From Octopus bimaculoides (Eukaryota), in the NCBI RefSeq assembly GCF_001194135.2, contig NC_068982.1:96348819-96412818 (forward strand): 64,000 nucleotides of DNA, in the 5' to 3' direction. A program made the position numbers and the translations under genes. The notes under the pieces were generated by a model. The model ran no database searches, was not told the origin of the DNA, and saw only the letters and a list, made by a program, of their open reading frames with translations. Shown piece after piece: positions 11,995 through 24,467 of this stretch. Numbering within the stretch: the stretch's first letter is position 1; the number at the start of each line of letters is the position of its first letter.

Positions 11995-12190
11995 TTAGTA
12001 ATAATATAGATTTCAAGTTTGGGGGAGAGGTAAGTCAATTACATTGACCTTAGTGATCAACTGGTACTTATTTTATCACCCCTGAAAGGATGAAAATCAA
12101 AGTTAACCTCGGCAGAATTTGAACCCAGAACATGAAGACAGATGAAATGTTGCCTGGCATACTAACAATTCTGCCAGCTTGCCACCTTAA
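11995..12190 (-). mobile_element. Degenerate tRNA-derived SINE
   Basis: CTGGTACTTATTTTATC.CCCC.GAAAGGATGAAA..CAAAGTT.ACCTCGGCAGAATTTGAAC core; related copies at about 20930-21070, 21240-21460, 22120-22740, 24560-24800, 31200-31360, 32810-33000 and 49320-49450. Confidence 0.7.
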
Positions 12191-12977
12191 ATATCAATAA
12201 TAATATTGGCGGTTATTGTGCATCATTATTTAGGTGAGCAAGCAAGGGAGATTTTTTCCTGAATGTTTCTGCATTATTAAGCTTCATCAGTAGAGGTATG
12301 ACCTTTTCCCATTGCTTACTAGTATTGTAGCAGCTAACTTACTCTATAGAAATGGTTATAAACAAAAAAAGAATGACACTGGGGAATGAGATTAATTGAT
12401 GAATTTATTATAAAACGGTGCTGGTTTTCTCATTTTACTGCTTGGGTGAGTGATGTTAAATATTTTATTCAACAATATTTCAGTTCATCTAGCTTTCTGG
12501 ACTAGTTATTAGATCATGACCTGGAAATGTTACTTGTTTGTAATAGACCTGCTTCTCATCCATGGGAGATTTGTCTTTCATTTACTTAAAGTGTTCAAGT
12601 AAGTGTTAAACTTCTTAGGTATAGATGAAAATTATATTGCTTTATTGAATCTCTGAGTCTTGCAGAGTTACAGATCTGTGTAAAAGTGTTGATTTGAATT
12701 TGGGTGATGAAGTTAAAAACAAAGGCATTAATTCACAAATTTCAGAGTACACTGGATTGCTAGTTAATTCTACCTTTAGTGTTAAAGAAATGAGAGATAA
12801 ATATCCTATTGGAGAGAATGCTAGTTTATTGCAGTTAACTTTTTTGGAGGTCCCAGTGTTTCTCAATTTTTGATAACTCACTGAAATGAAATGTGTTGAA
12901 TAAATGAGCTGTCATGTTCAAAGATGCAGATGAATGCACAATCCATAAGCTGGTAATGTATTGCTTTATTTTCTCAG

Positions 12978-13007
12978 CCACTTCACCTTTTCACATGATG
13001 ATGATAG
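12978..13007 (+). CDS. Unidentified host gene, 30-nt microexon C (S-TSPFHMMMI), phase 1-1
   Basis: Strong acceptor TTGCTTTATTTTCTCAG and donor AG|GTATGT; symmetric exon; frame fits exons B and D. Confidence 0.65.
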
Positions 13008-14099
13008 GTATGTGTTGAATCCCATCTGCCCTGTCTTAGTTACAGTTCACTGGTTTCAGTTGTAAGATTTATATCAGGATAACTGAAATCAAAAATGAAA
13101 CATTTAAAGTCTTAATTTGAACCTCACATTCAAAGACAGTGGAAGTTAATTTGATCAGACCTCCTTTGACTTGTTCGCTTTCAATGACTTTACCGCAAAC
13201 ATAGACTTCTACCAAGCATTGCTCTTTGGGTCATATACTCTATTGCTATAAGGCATTACTGAAGACCATGCTTTTGAATAATGATAGTATAGAGAATAGA
13301 TACATTAGAATTGATTTTCTTGTTACCTTCTCCATGTACATAGGGAAAGTTAAGCAGATAAAATATTTATCAGTTTTACAATGTCCTTTGTGGCTTATAC
13401 CAATGGGTTGTATTTCTATATCATTGCATTGAGCTCATCTGTCTTGAAGAGTTTGCAATGGCAGAATCACAATTTCTTCCTCCTGACCAATCCATTTCAT
13501 AAAAAATTTCTTTTATTTGACTCTTCTCTTTTGTTTTCAGTCTTCCCCTTTTTAATTTTTCTTCTACCATCCTTCATACTTCTTCCTTCATTATTTTTTT
13601 CTTTTTTTACTCTTTGTTCCTTCTTTACTCTTAACTAAAGTAGTGGAAACCTTTTGAATCCCATGTGTAGTAATGCACATGATAACAACACCAGCCACTA
13701 CCATCACCCCCTCTGCAACTTATTTCATACTGTTATTTGTCAGTGAAACGGGCATAATTTGAGGTATATATATAAATATTAATTTGTTTCTCTTTTATCA
13801 TAACATGTATGCCTCTCTACCTGATGATAGACTTTGATTGTTCATTATAATAGACATAAATACCTGGAGGAAATACCTGGCTGTCAATGGAATGCAGCAC
13901 ATGAAACTGAATAAATAATTTTAATGAGACTTTTGAAGTTTTTTCTTTTTTATCATTACATTATGTTTTAGAAGAGCATTATTATTTATCATGTTTTCAA
14001 TAGTTTTTTTATGCAAGTTTTTACTACACTACCAAGTACACCTCTGTATTCTTGAGCTTTGAGCAGTATTGTTTTTGCAGATGTAGAATTATGTTAGTA

Positions 14100-16560
14100 T
14101 ATTTCACCATTTCTGTTATAAGATTCATTTTGTTATTTCTGATGGTGTTTTGTCTGTCATACAGTGTATGTGCTGTGTAAGTTGTGTTATTCGTCGAGTG
14201 ATGTTTATGTTTTGGTATGTAGTATATGATTGGAGTTATGTCTTTTAGTGTTGGTTAGTAATTGTGTGGAATATATGTTGTGCAAGTTGTTATATTACTG
14301 AGTGGCAGTTTTGTTGAATGTGAATTGTTGGAGTTTGTTAGGTATCAGTTATGTAAGAAAATTTTTATATGTAGGGAGTGTACTGTTTGAGTTGTGCTAG
14401 TGAATTGAAAGTGTTTTGTGTAGGATGTGGGCTGTGGCCTAGTAGGGCTATCTTTTGCACTTTGTGTTATGCACTGAGCTCTGGTATGTTTTTATTTTTT
14501 TTAGTTTTTTTCTTTTTTTTTTTATCATTACTTATACTATGTTATTGGTTCTGTTTTCACTTTTATTTATGCCACACACCCTGCTTTTTTCAAGCTACTT
14601 GTACAATGACAATTTTTCTATCTCCTTCTGGGCAGTGTTTTGGCCAAAAATGTATATTAGTACAAACACTTTAGACATATATATTACTACAAACACTTCT
14701 GTTCAAGTCTTTAATTGTCATATTTAGGTAATTTGCCTTGGTATTGTCTGTGTTTTTATTAGATGACTGTAGATAAGTTATCATGTATTGGGTCTAGTAT
14801 ATGTTTATACCTCTCCTCATCCATGTCAGGACATTATCCAATAGACATAGTTGATACTTTGTTCATATGTGTGAATATATTCAGATTTGGTAAGGACTGG
14901 GCTATTGGCATGTACTGTAGGTAGTATATGTTGATGCCACCTCTTATTCATGTCAGTATATTGTCTAATGGATATAGTTGCTGACTTGTTATCCTTGAAT
15001 ATACTTAGACTTGGCAAGAACTGGACAGTTAGAAATGATGTGGTCAATTGTCTCATTGTATTAATTGCATAGTCTCTACTTGATATTAACATTTATTGTT
15101 CATTATTTTGTTTTTGTGATTGTGTCTAGACATCAGTCTTGTTAAGCTAAAATCAGACATGTTTCTCTTTTTATATATAATTTTGGACCATTGTTGGCTT
15201 TCACACTACAATCTTTCTGTCAAGTTTATGGAGCATTAGCCATGGAGTGGCTTTTCTCTTCATTTTTTTTTTTTTCCTTAGACTTTGAAATTCCATTTTG
15301 ATTTTTTTTTAACCTTTTTCTGTTGTTTTGCTCTTTTTCAATTGTTTCTCCTTCTGTGTAGTTATTTTCTAGTCTGTACTTTGTTTCCCTATACATAACA
15401 ATTTTTGTTTTCCCCATATTTCTTATCGGTTCCTTTTTACTTTTAAGTATTTTTTTTTAGTTCTGCTGTTGTTACTTTGTAGTAGTTTTCTATTTGTGTC
15501 CGGCTCCTCTCTCCTTGGATGTAGGATAGGTATATTCTATCTATATTCTATCTCTTGGAAAAAACACATTTTTGAAGTGTCTAAGCTGTATGATTTTGCT
15601 GATATGATTTGCTTAAGCTTTTCTTATGCTTTCAGGATACCATTTAATTGATAGACTTTTCAGCTGTCTGGATTCTTTTCCCCCTCCTCATTTCATGTCG
15701 GACTCCTCAACTTCCATTTTGCTACTTATGGTCAGGTCTTTCTGTATATTTTTTCCTGTTTCTTGTTTATATTTTCAATGCTGTTGTATGATCCAGGTTC
15801 CTTACTGTATCAGGATAAAATCTAGTTTCCTCCAATACTACAGCTGCTATGAATATATTAGATTATTCAGTTTGCTTCCTGTGGACAGAATTTCTTGCAG
15901 GTTCTATTAGATTAATTTCTTTTTATGTGGTGCTGTTTGTTCATGTGTAACTTGGGCAGTTGTTAATGTTGATCCATGTTTAAGATTTTATGTTCCTTTT
16001 TTATTCTTCCTGTTAGGTACTCTTCAGTGCTTAACTCTGATTGATCTGTTGTGGAGTACTTTTATTTGTTGTTAAGTAGGAGGTCAAGTGCATGTACTTC
16101 TATGGTGTTCATTGTCAGTTTTGATTTTAACTCTTTATTTGTTGTGCCTGCTTTTGAATTTCTCATATTTCTTCTTTGTTTCTTGTGCAGTGGGGTCTGT
16201 CGTCATTTCTTTGTGTTTTGCGGGTTCATTTATTTGAAGTGGAGGTCATCTTAATATTATTGTTTTTTCTTTTATGGAGTCTTGTCTGTTTTGTGTATAA
16301 GAGATACTGTTGTGATACTTCCATTTATTTGTGGCAGTTCATCTTTTTTCTGTGTGATATATTGTTATAGTTTCAGTGAGTTCTTTTATGTAAGTTGTTC
16401 TGTTTCAAGTTTTGAGATTGTTATTCTTTATTATAAATCCTCTTACATTAGAAAGTGTGTTTGCTTTGATATTTTCACTCATTTATTGATGTGTAACAGG
16501 GATGTAAATGTTGGTTAAACATTTTCTTTTAATTTTTTTTTATTCACGGTGCTTGTAGTA
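14100..16560 (-). mobile_element. Decayed Dong/R4-clade non-LTR retrotransposon (RT-RLE), internally deleted
   Basis: - strand motifs PVLTKSEYIH...YVYWIM (zinc-knuckle region), EIEKLSLYK, and C-terminal VQKIALLG(T)AHILHKTLSIH* ending at 14397, typical of R4/Dong; many stops and frameshifts; boundaries approximate. Confidence 0.7.
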
Positions 16561-17079
16561 AGAGATAAACCTTATTCTTAAGAATTAACCTTCTGATAAG
16601 ACTCACATCATTTCTGAATAATAAGTTACATTATTTTTATATTGAACTCACATTAAACTTACATTGTGAAATACATTGAGCATCATTGATTTGGCTAGTT
16701 GTATGTTTTTTGTTCTTTAATATTTCAACAGACATAGTTTGATTTGTTTTTAAATAGTGTTGGTTTTATTTGCAGTTAATTTTGTTTTGTTATTGTCCCT
16801 AGTATTCATTTGTTCTTCATTTTCATATTGAAGAGATTGAAGACAGACATTTTCTTCTATTTTTGCCATACCTTTCCTGATTTTCCAAATTACACTTGGA
16901 AGTGAATTTTCTTGAAAGGCAAGTGAGATTGATAAGCATAGTATAAACAAATAGGCCTAGGTTAGCACAAATAGACCATAACAAGAGGCAAGATGCTGTC
17001 AAACATGTCCAACCGTTGCAAGCATAGACAAAAATGATGCTGGTGTTTCATTTTGGAAATTATTAGAAAATGAGTTATG

Positions 17080-17790
17080 TGTTGTATTAATAAAGACAGG
17101 TGTCAAAACTAGTCAGCTTGTGTAAGAGAGGAAAGTTAAGATTAGTTACACCTTTGTAACTGAGAGTAAAACTAAGATGCCAAGAGCATGTATATATATG
17201 AGAGTGAAGTAAAGACTAGTCATACTTGAGTAGCTCCAAATTAGCTCTGATCAAGCAGAGCTATGGTTAAAGGTATTCCAGCCCTGACCATCCTGCCTTT
17301 TTTATTCAGGTAAAGTATACCTCAAACTATATTATCCAACGTGTCTTTCATTTTATAAGACAGTAGAGTGGAATTAAAGGAGATTTGACTTTTGTTTCTA
17401 AGCAGTTGGTATGACCACAAAGTGGCTTCCTTGTTGACTCACAAGACTAGTTAATAAGATTGTGTCTGAGAGGGAAGTTATGTCTGGTGGTAAATTGTGT
17501 CTAAGAGAAAGAACTAGACCTGCTAAAGCACGTCTGAGAGTAAACATGGTTAGTCAAAAGGTTTCTGTTTAGAAGGAATTTGTCTGGTGTCTGAGATGGC
17601 AATTAAGACTAATTATGTCTTGAAATGAAAGTTAAGACTGATAGGTTGTATTTGTGACATGAATGAGTTTGTTGCTTGTGTTTAGGAGGTAAGATTTAAA
17701 AGTAGTGTATCTATGAGAGGGAGTTGTATGTTAAGACAAATGAAATCAAGTCTATTTGAGGCATTAAAGATAGTAACTTGTGCCTGAGAG
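17080..17790. repeat. Old degenerate tandem repeat interrupted by a SINE fragment (about 17241-17440)
   Basis: Recurrent GTGTCTGAGAG...AAGTTAAGACT(A)GT motif at irregular spacing of roughly 40-60 bp. Confidence 0.4.
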
Positions 17791-19111
17791 GGAATCGAAA
17801 AAGGGTCTGCTTTGTCATATTGCTACATTCAGCTGCTTAGAAGCTTTACACTTTTTCTGTAGAGTATACTCATCCCATCCTTCCCCATTTCTTTTTTCTT
17901 TTTCTTTCTTTTTCACTTTCTTTGTTGTTGTCATTGTTGATGGTGTTGTTACTGCCTTGTTGCTGTCATTACTGTTACTGCTGCTCTTTTTGATGTTGTT
18001 GTTGGTGGTGGTGCTGGTATTGCCGATCTTCATTCTTATTACCTATCTTTTTTATCCTTCCATTTTTCTTTCTTTTTCCTCATTCCTATATTATTATTCT
18101 CATTCCTTTTTTATTCTTAATTTCTCATATAATAATTTCTCTGTATTTTATTAACCTCTAACTGGTTCATCCATTTTTTTCTTTCCACAATTAACACAAT
18201 AGAAAAATTAAAGAGTATTTTTAGATTTTTCTTTATCCACCCACTCACTCAACAAGTCTGCTATCAAACTTTTTTCTAGGCAAACAACGTTTCTTTCTGA
18301 AATCTTTTTATTTGATTTCTTTCTCAATTGTCTGGAAAACTGTCTAATTTCCACACAAAAGTTATCACAGTTGATACTGTAAAGATTACTAGCTTATTTT
18401 AGAGTGGACTTATTTTTAGACTGCTGTAATGTTAAAAATAAATACTCTGCCAAGGCATAGTTATTCATATGATGAAAGACGAGATACATACACTTGAAGC
18501 TATTTTGATTAATCTTTTATTCTTAGAAGGTTTTGAGTTGTTTTTAATGCTTTTTTTTTTTTTTTGTCATATGGAGTAATTCCTGTCAACTCTTCACAAA
18601 CTGGTGATTTGTGGCACAGAACTAAACTATCAAACCTAGACCCATTAACGTATAATTTTCACCAATTCAGAACATCAGATATTTCTCCAGGAAGTTAACT
18701 GGAGAGTTTGTATGTGGCCACTTAACCTGCTGGAAGTAACAAACCAATCTCCCTCAAATCACTTTCATTGTTAAAAAAAAATGTGAATGCAATGGTTTAG
18801 TGATTAGAATGTTAGTCATAATCGTAGTTCAGGGTTTCAATTCCCTAACTGTGCAATATGCATTTTTGAGTAAAAATATTTCATTTCACTCCAGTTCATT
18901 CAGCTGACAATGAGCACCAGTAACAACTTGAGGGTTAACCTTAGGTAGATTGGTATTCTGTTTAGAGAGGGTAGAATATTGTATACCTGGTTGTTTATAT
19001 GCCATGGAAACCAGGATTAACTCTAACCTAAAATGGCTGTAGACTTGAGGCAAGCCTAAGACTAAGACTTAAATGGTAGCTCATGTTAAAAAATATAGTA
19101 AGTAAAGTGTG

Positions 19112-19146
<35 letters not shown>

Positions 19147-19676
19147 GGACTCTTCTGTTGAAGATAGTGTATGAACGTTCAGGTTTTTGCCAAACAACCT
19201 GCACAAATGACTTGTTTATCGTGATCAAAATGTATGTATTGTACATTAACTCACTTCCTCCATCAAATCAATGTTGCCTGAACAGGTGCACTGTTTACCA
19301 CACATCGGGTGTCAAAGTGATTGCAGAGCAACGCAAGATGAAATATTTGGCTCAAGAACACAATGCACCACCCAGTCTAGGAACTGAAACCACAATCTCA
19401 TGATTATGAGTCCAACTCCCAAATCACTAGGACATGCATCTCCACACACAAACACATGTGCACGGATAGTATTATCATGACTAGAATACCTTTGATTATA
19501 AATGTGCTCAAACAGGGCTAACCTATGATAAACAAAAGGTGATAAAAAATAACTTTTACTTTGGGACTATGTTGTAGATCCTGTGTTTTGAATTAGCTAG
19601 ATCTATAAAACTAGATAGACAGGTATGAAATGAAATTTTCGAAAAATACCAAATGAAATACTTATAGAAAAGATTA

Positions 19677-20003
19677 TCTATATATATAAAAATGAGAATG
19701 TGTGTCTGTCTGTCTGTCTGTCTGTCTGTGTGTGTGTATCCCTAAAACTTGAGAACTACGCAACCAATTTCATTCAAATTTTACAGATGCCTTACTTAGG
19801 GTTCCAGTTGTGTTTTAGTAAAAAAATTTTTTAACTTCTTGCATAGTTCGAGCCCACGGCAACATAATATCTCCTCCACTATTTAAGTATTACGTGTCAA
19901 AAGTGAAACAAAAACACTCATGTCAAATACTTTCACTTTAAAAATGAAACTATTCCACTAACTGAAACAATCACATTTCGATACTATAATGACAGATACT
20001 GTC

Positions 20004-20046
<43 letters not shown>

Positions 20047-20866
20047 AAGATATATATATAGATATAGATCTATATGCATACATGTATATGTATACATATG
20101 TGTAGATGTATATATATAGATGTACATGTAATATGTACACATATATACATATATATACATGCATACAGATATCTATACATATACACACCCNNNNNNNNNN
20201 NNNNNNNNNNNNNNNNNNNNNNNNNNNNNNNNNNNNNNNNNNNNNNNNNNNNNNNNNNNNNNNNNNNNNNNNNNNNNNNNNNNNNNNNNNNNNNNNNNNN
20301 NNNNNNNNNNNNNNNNNNNNNNNNNNNNNNNNNNNNNNNNNNNNNNNNNNNNNNNNNNNNNNNNNNNNNNNNNNNNNNNNNNNNNNNNNNNNNNNNNNNN
20401 NNNNNNNNNNNNNNNNNNNNNNNNNNNNNNNNNNNNNNNNNNNNNNNNNNNNNNNNNNNNNNNNNNNNNNNNNNNNNNNNNNNNNNNNNNNNNNNNNNNN
20501 NNNNNNNNNNNNNNNNNNCTGCAATGTGGTGCATAAATTGTCAAGTAAATGAGACGCATCTTTGCCTCCACTGATTCACTTGCAAAGTGTTGAGTAAAAT
20601 TATTTCATTGCAGACCTCCTTTGAGTCTTTTTATTATCACTGCGACACACATAGTCCCCAGTTGGTAACATTGATTTCAAGGCCTTCCCAGATGAGAGAC
20701 TGGCATTCCACTTAATGTCTATGTTCCATGCTGGCATGGATTGGAGAGTTATTAATGTAGAAATATGGTATCGTAGCTACTAACAGTTGAGGGTTGCGTA
20801 GTCTAGACGGCGTTTTTAGATTTCATTATTCTCTTTAACCCGGGCAAAGCCGGGTATTTCTGCTAG
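19677..20866 (+). mobile_element. Non-autonomous Helitron
   Basis: 5' A|TCTATATATATAAAA; 3' hairpin ACCCGG-gcaaag-CCGGGT (20838-20855), then CTAG|T; A^T target with no TSD; the gap at 20191-20518 means the linkage of the two ends is inferred. Confidence 0.8.
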
Positions 20867-21599
20867 TTATTAATATAATTGTTGGAGAAAATATTTAGCA
20901 GAATTTATTCATGCTTTTTATGTCCTATTTTCAAATCCTGTTAAGGCCAACTTTTCCTTCCATCCTTCTGGGATTAATAATATACAGTAGTAGTAAAGTG
21001 CTGGAGTTGATATAACCAATTGTTTCCCTTCCACAAAATTTCAGGCCTTGTGCTATTGAAACAATTATTAAAGGTGGGGACAATGGATTGATAGAATCAT
21101 TATTGTGTTGCAGCATTTGTTTGAGTTATGAAATTCTGCTGAAGTCAGTAAAATAACTAAGTCTTGTGGTGTATTCATTTAATCGTTTACTCACACTGTA
21201 ATTTATAGCGTTGTTTGTAAATTATAATTATTAAGTAAGGCAATAGATTGGTAGAATCATTTAGAGCATTGGAAAAAATGCCTTGCAGCATTTGTTCTGG
21301 CTCTTGACATTCTAAGTTCAAATCTTCCCAAGGTCAGCTTTGCTTTTGATCTCTTCAAGGGACAAAATAAAGTATCAGTAATGTACTGGGGTTGAGATAT
21401 CAACTAGCTTTCTCCAATAAAAAAAACTTCTGGCCTTGTGCCTGAATTAGAAGCAATTATTTTTATTATTAAGCTATGAAATTGTTCTACATGCTGACTT
21501 GTGGAACGATGTTAAACAGCTACCTTTGCATATCAGATAGATTCACTATTAACCAAGTCCATTCATAATGGAAGGACATGCAGTTTTCTTGACTGGTAG

Positions 21600-21725
21600 C
21601 TGTAGAATTTATATGGTTGACAAGATTGAAAGGACTAAGAACAAACTTTCTTCTTCAACCAAGTGCTCTTCAAGTTCTACTTGACATTGAGAGGAAGGTG
21701 ATGTTACTCACCAAAGAATTTCCTG
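21600..21725 (+). CDS. Unidentified host gene, coding exon D (A-VEFIWLTRLKGLRTNFLLQPSALQVLLDIERKVMLLTKEFP), phase 1-1
   Basis: 41 open codons with protein-like composition; acceptor TTTTCTTGACTGGTAG (alternative AG at 21604-21605); donor CTG|GTGAGT. Confidence 0.75.
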
Positions 21726-21734
21726 GTGAGTAAC

Positions 21735-21808
21735 GGTGAATGAAAATAGCTAGAAGGTTTGAATGAATGAAAGGTGAGTGAAAATAGCTAGAATGTTTTG
21801 AATGAATG
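21735..21808 (+). repeat. 38-bp tandem duplication containing a cryptic donor AAG|GTGAGT (GT at 21774)
   Basis: GGTGAATGAAAATAGCTAGAAGGTTTGAATGAATGAAA / GGTGAGTGAAAATAGCTAGAATGTTTTGAATGAATG. Confidence 0.85.
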
Positions 21809-22059
21809 CACATCTGCAGGTCAGAGAACACAACCAGGAGAGGGTATTTGTCTTTCGTAATCAGAGAAGTCTTGGATATACAGGATTATTTGAGTGGGCC
21901 TCAGTATTGCCACCTGTTGGGAGCATCTCATTTTATATCTTTTGTATACTTTTGTATGTTTGCTTTTTTTTTCTTTTAATGATTTTCCACAACTACCATA
22001 GGCCATTATTTTTTTGTAATGTATCCTTGTTCTCTTATTCATTGCCTTTGTGGCAGATA

Positions 22060-22063
<4 letters not shown>

Positions 22064-22108
<45 letters not shown>
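22064..22108. repeat. (CAT)n microsatellite
   Basis: Perfect ATC/CAT run. Confidence 0.95.
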
Positions 22109-23819
22109 GTAGTAGTCATAGGATAGTAGATTGGTACAATCATTAAAATATTGATCAAAATGTCTTGCAGTATTTCTACCAACTCCTTACATTCTGAAAT
22201 CAATCCCTGCTAATGTCAATTTTGCCCTTCATCTGTCTGACATCAATAAAATAAAGTACCAGTCAAGTACTGGTCTTGATTTAATTAACTCTGTGGGTAT
22301 AGTAAAAACAATTATTATTTAGCGCTATTGGTTGGCAGAAAAAATACTTTGTGGTATTTGTTCTGGCTCTTTATATTCTGAGTTCAATTCTTACTAAAGT
22401 CAACTGTACCTCTTATTCATTTAGGGCTAATAATGTACCAGTATGTGCTGGGGTTGACACAATCAACTAATTTCATGGTCCCTTGAAATTGCTGGTATTG
22501 TACCTAAATCAGAAACTGTTACAAGACAGTAAGCCGGTGGAATTGGTTGAGTGGTAGAAAAATGTCTAGCAGTATTTCTCCTGGCTCTTTACCTTCTGAG
22601 CTCAAATCCCACCTAGATCAACTTTCCCTTTCATTCTTTTGGGGTTCATAAATTAAAGAACCAATCAAGTACTGGGCTGTATGATATTGTCTAATTCTCT
22701 TCCCCAAAAGTACTGGCCTTGTGCCCAAATTAGAAACAGTTGCTGCTGTTATTATTTTCAGTACTTTCACACAAGTTTTTCACTGCATCACTGCTTTTGT
22801 GAGATGTGCGTAGTATAGTTACTTTGGTATAATAAGATGATATTTGTATTGCATTTAATTTACTTTGCTGTGAGGTTTTTTTGTTTCTTTTTTATCTTGC
22901 TATTGTTCTTGTTTGTTGTAAAAGCCTATATAGCGTTAAAAGAAGGTGGTTATAAGATATGTTGTCTAGGAATTAGCTTTGTGATTGAATTGAAAGTGTC
23001 TTACATTGAATGTTTGCTATTTCTTGAATTTAATTTATAGTTGTGAGCCGTGGTATGGTTTCTCGTTTTATTCATGTTCCTTCTTTTTATTATACTTAAT
23101 GTACTAAATATTATTATTACTATTTTAATTGCAGTATATTACATCATTACACACTTAATTTCTTTTCCCCTATGGAGCATACACCACCAACTTCTCTCCA
23201 CTATTCTCCACTCTGGATAGTAAGGCCTTCCTCTCCTGGGTCTTGTTAGTTTTGCATTGTCATTAATGCTTCTGTAACTTTGCTTTTTACTTATCGTAAT
23301 TAGGGATTGTTGGTCCTACACAAACCCTTTTCCATCTGTGGAGAGAGATGATCCATATTAGTTTGACCTGTCCAATGAGGAGCTTGTGCTTTACTGGCAT
23401 AGCTCTCAGAGTCATTGAGCCACACAAGCCATCACACTATAACAAGGACTTGACCAAGGGTCATCACATTCTGTTTATTTCAATTCCTTCTAAGCAGTGT
23501 TTAGTTTGGAAAGGATCAAGATGTCTATCTGAGTGCATAGTTTTTTTTATATTTTACCAGTTTAAACAAACATTTCCCAAATAATTTCAGCCTTTTAAGT
23601 GCCTCATATGTTCTTATATCATTTACTCTCAATATATATCACTGGTAAAAATGGCTGATTTGATAAATTGTTAGATTGTTCCCACAAGTTCAGTTTTATT
23701 GCTGACATTTTGTTGTGTATTTGAAATGAACACTTAATTTTACATTGCCTCATGTTACGTGGATTTTCTTTGAAACTTACCTACAATAGACTTTCCTTCT
23801 GTCAATTGGTGAATTTATT

Positions 23820-24120
23820 TCTTATCTACTTAACTTCATGGATGGATTATTGTGGATCAGGAAAATATTAACTTTAATGTAGGATGTATGATTAAAACAA
23901 CTCCAGAAGTTTAGAAATTGGCAGGAAGAGCAAAAACCAAATACTACATTGGTTTGAACATGTAATTCAAGTTTGTATTTGTTTAATGTGAAGATGATGG
24001 TTGGCATCCATGAACTTTGAAAGCTTTCCCAGTAATGAACTTGAGATTCTCTGTGTTGATGTCAGGTTGGGAAAAACGTGTATACTGTATGTGTCAAAGG
24101 TCTGAAGAGGAATGGTGTGG
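23820..24120 (+). mobile_element. Possible ancient RTE-like LINE 3' remnant
   Basis: QILHWFEHVIQ resembles RRLRWFGHV; the downstream GKNVYTVCVKGLKR resembles the GRPRKTW..VK.DLK tail; heavily decayed. Confidence 0.3.
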
Positions 24121-24429
24121 AAAATTTATTTTAGAGAGTGTTGTACTTTTTCATCCAAAGGGCTTATAGTATGTTATCAACTTGACCGATAATATAAAAA
24201 CAAGGCATCATCTATGAAATTGCATAATATTGTAGATAAAACTGTCAAATCTTCTTGCAAAACCCTAGGTGACTTGGGAGGGGGGGAAGGACCCATTGGA
24301 GACAATGTACTACTAGATGCACAGTATCTGGGAGAAAGATAGGATGGTCATGGCTGGAATCTATTTGATTGTATATATATATATACCGCTGCCGTAGTCT
24401 CCTTTAGAGAGACTTAGAAATATTAATAA

Positions 24430-24467
<38 letters not shown>

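Noticed and set aside
22762-22798. Exon candidate VLSHKFFTASLL (phase 1-2)
   Set aside because: The acceptor is formed by a SINE tail, and its phases would replace exon E, which has better signals.
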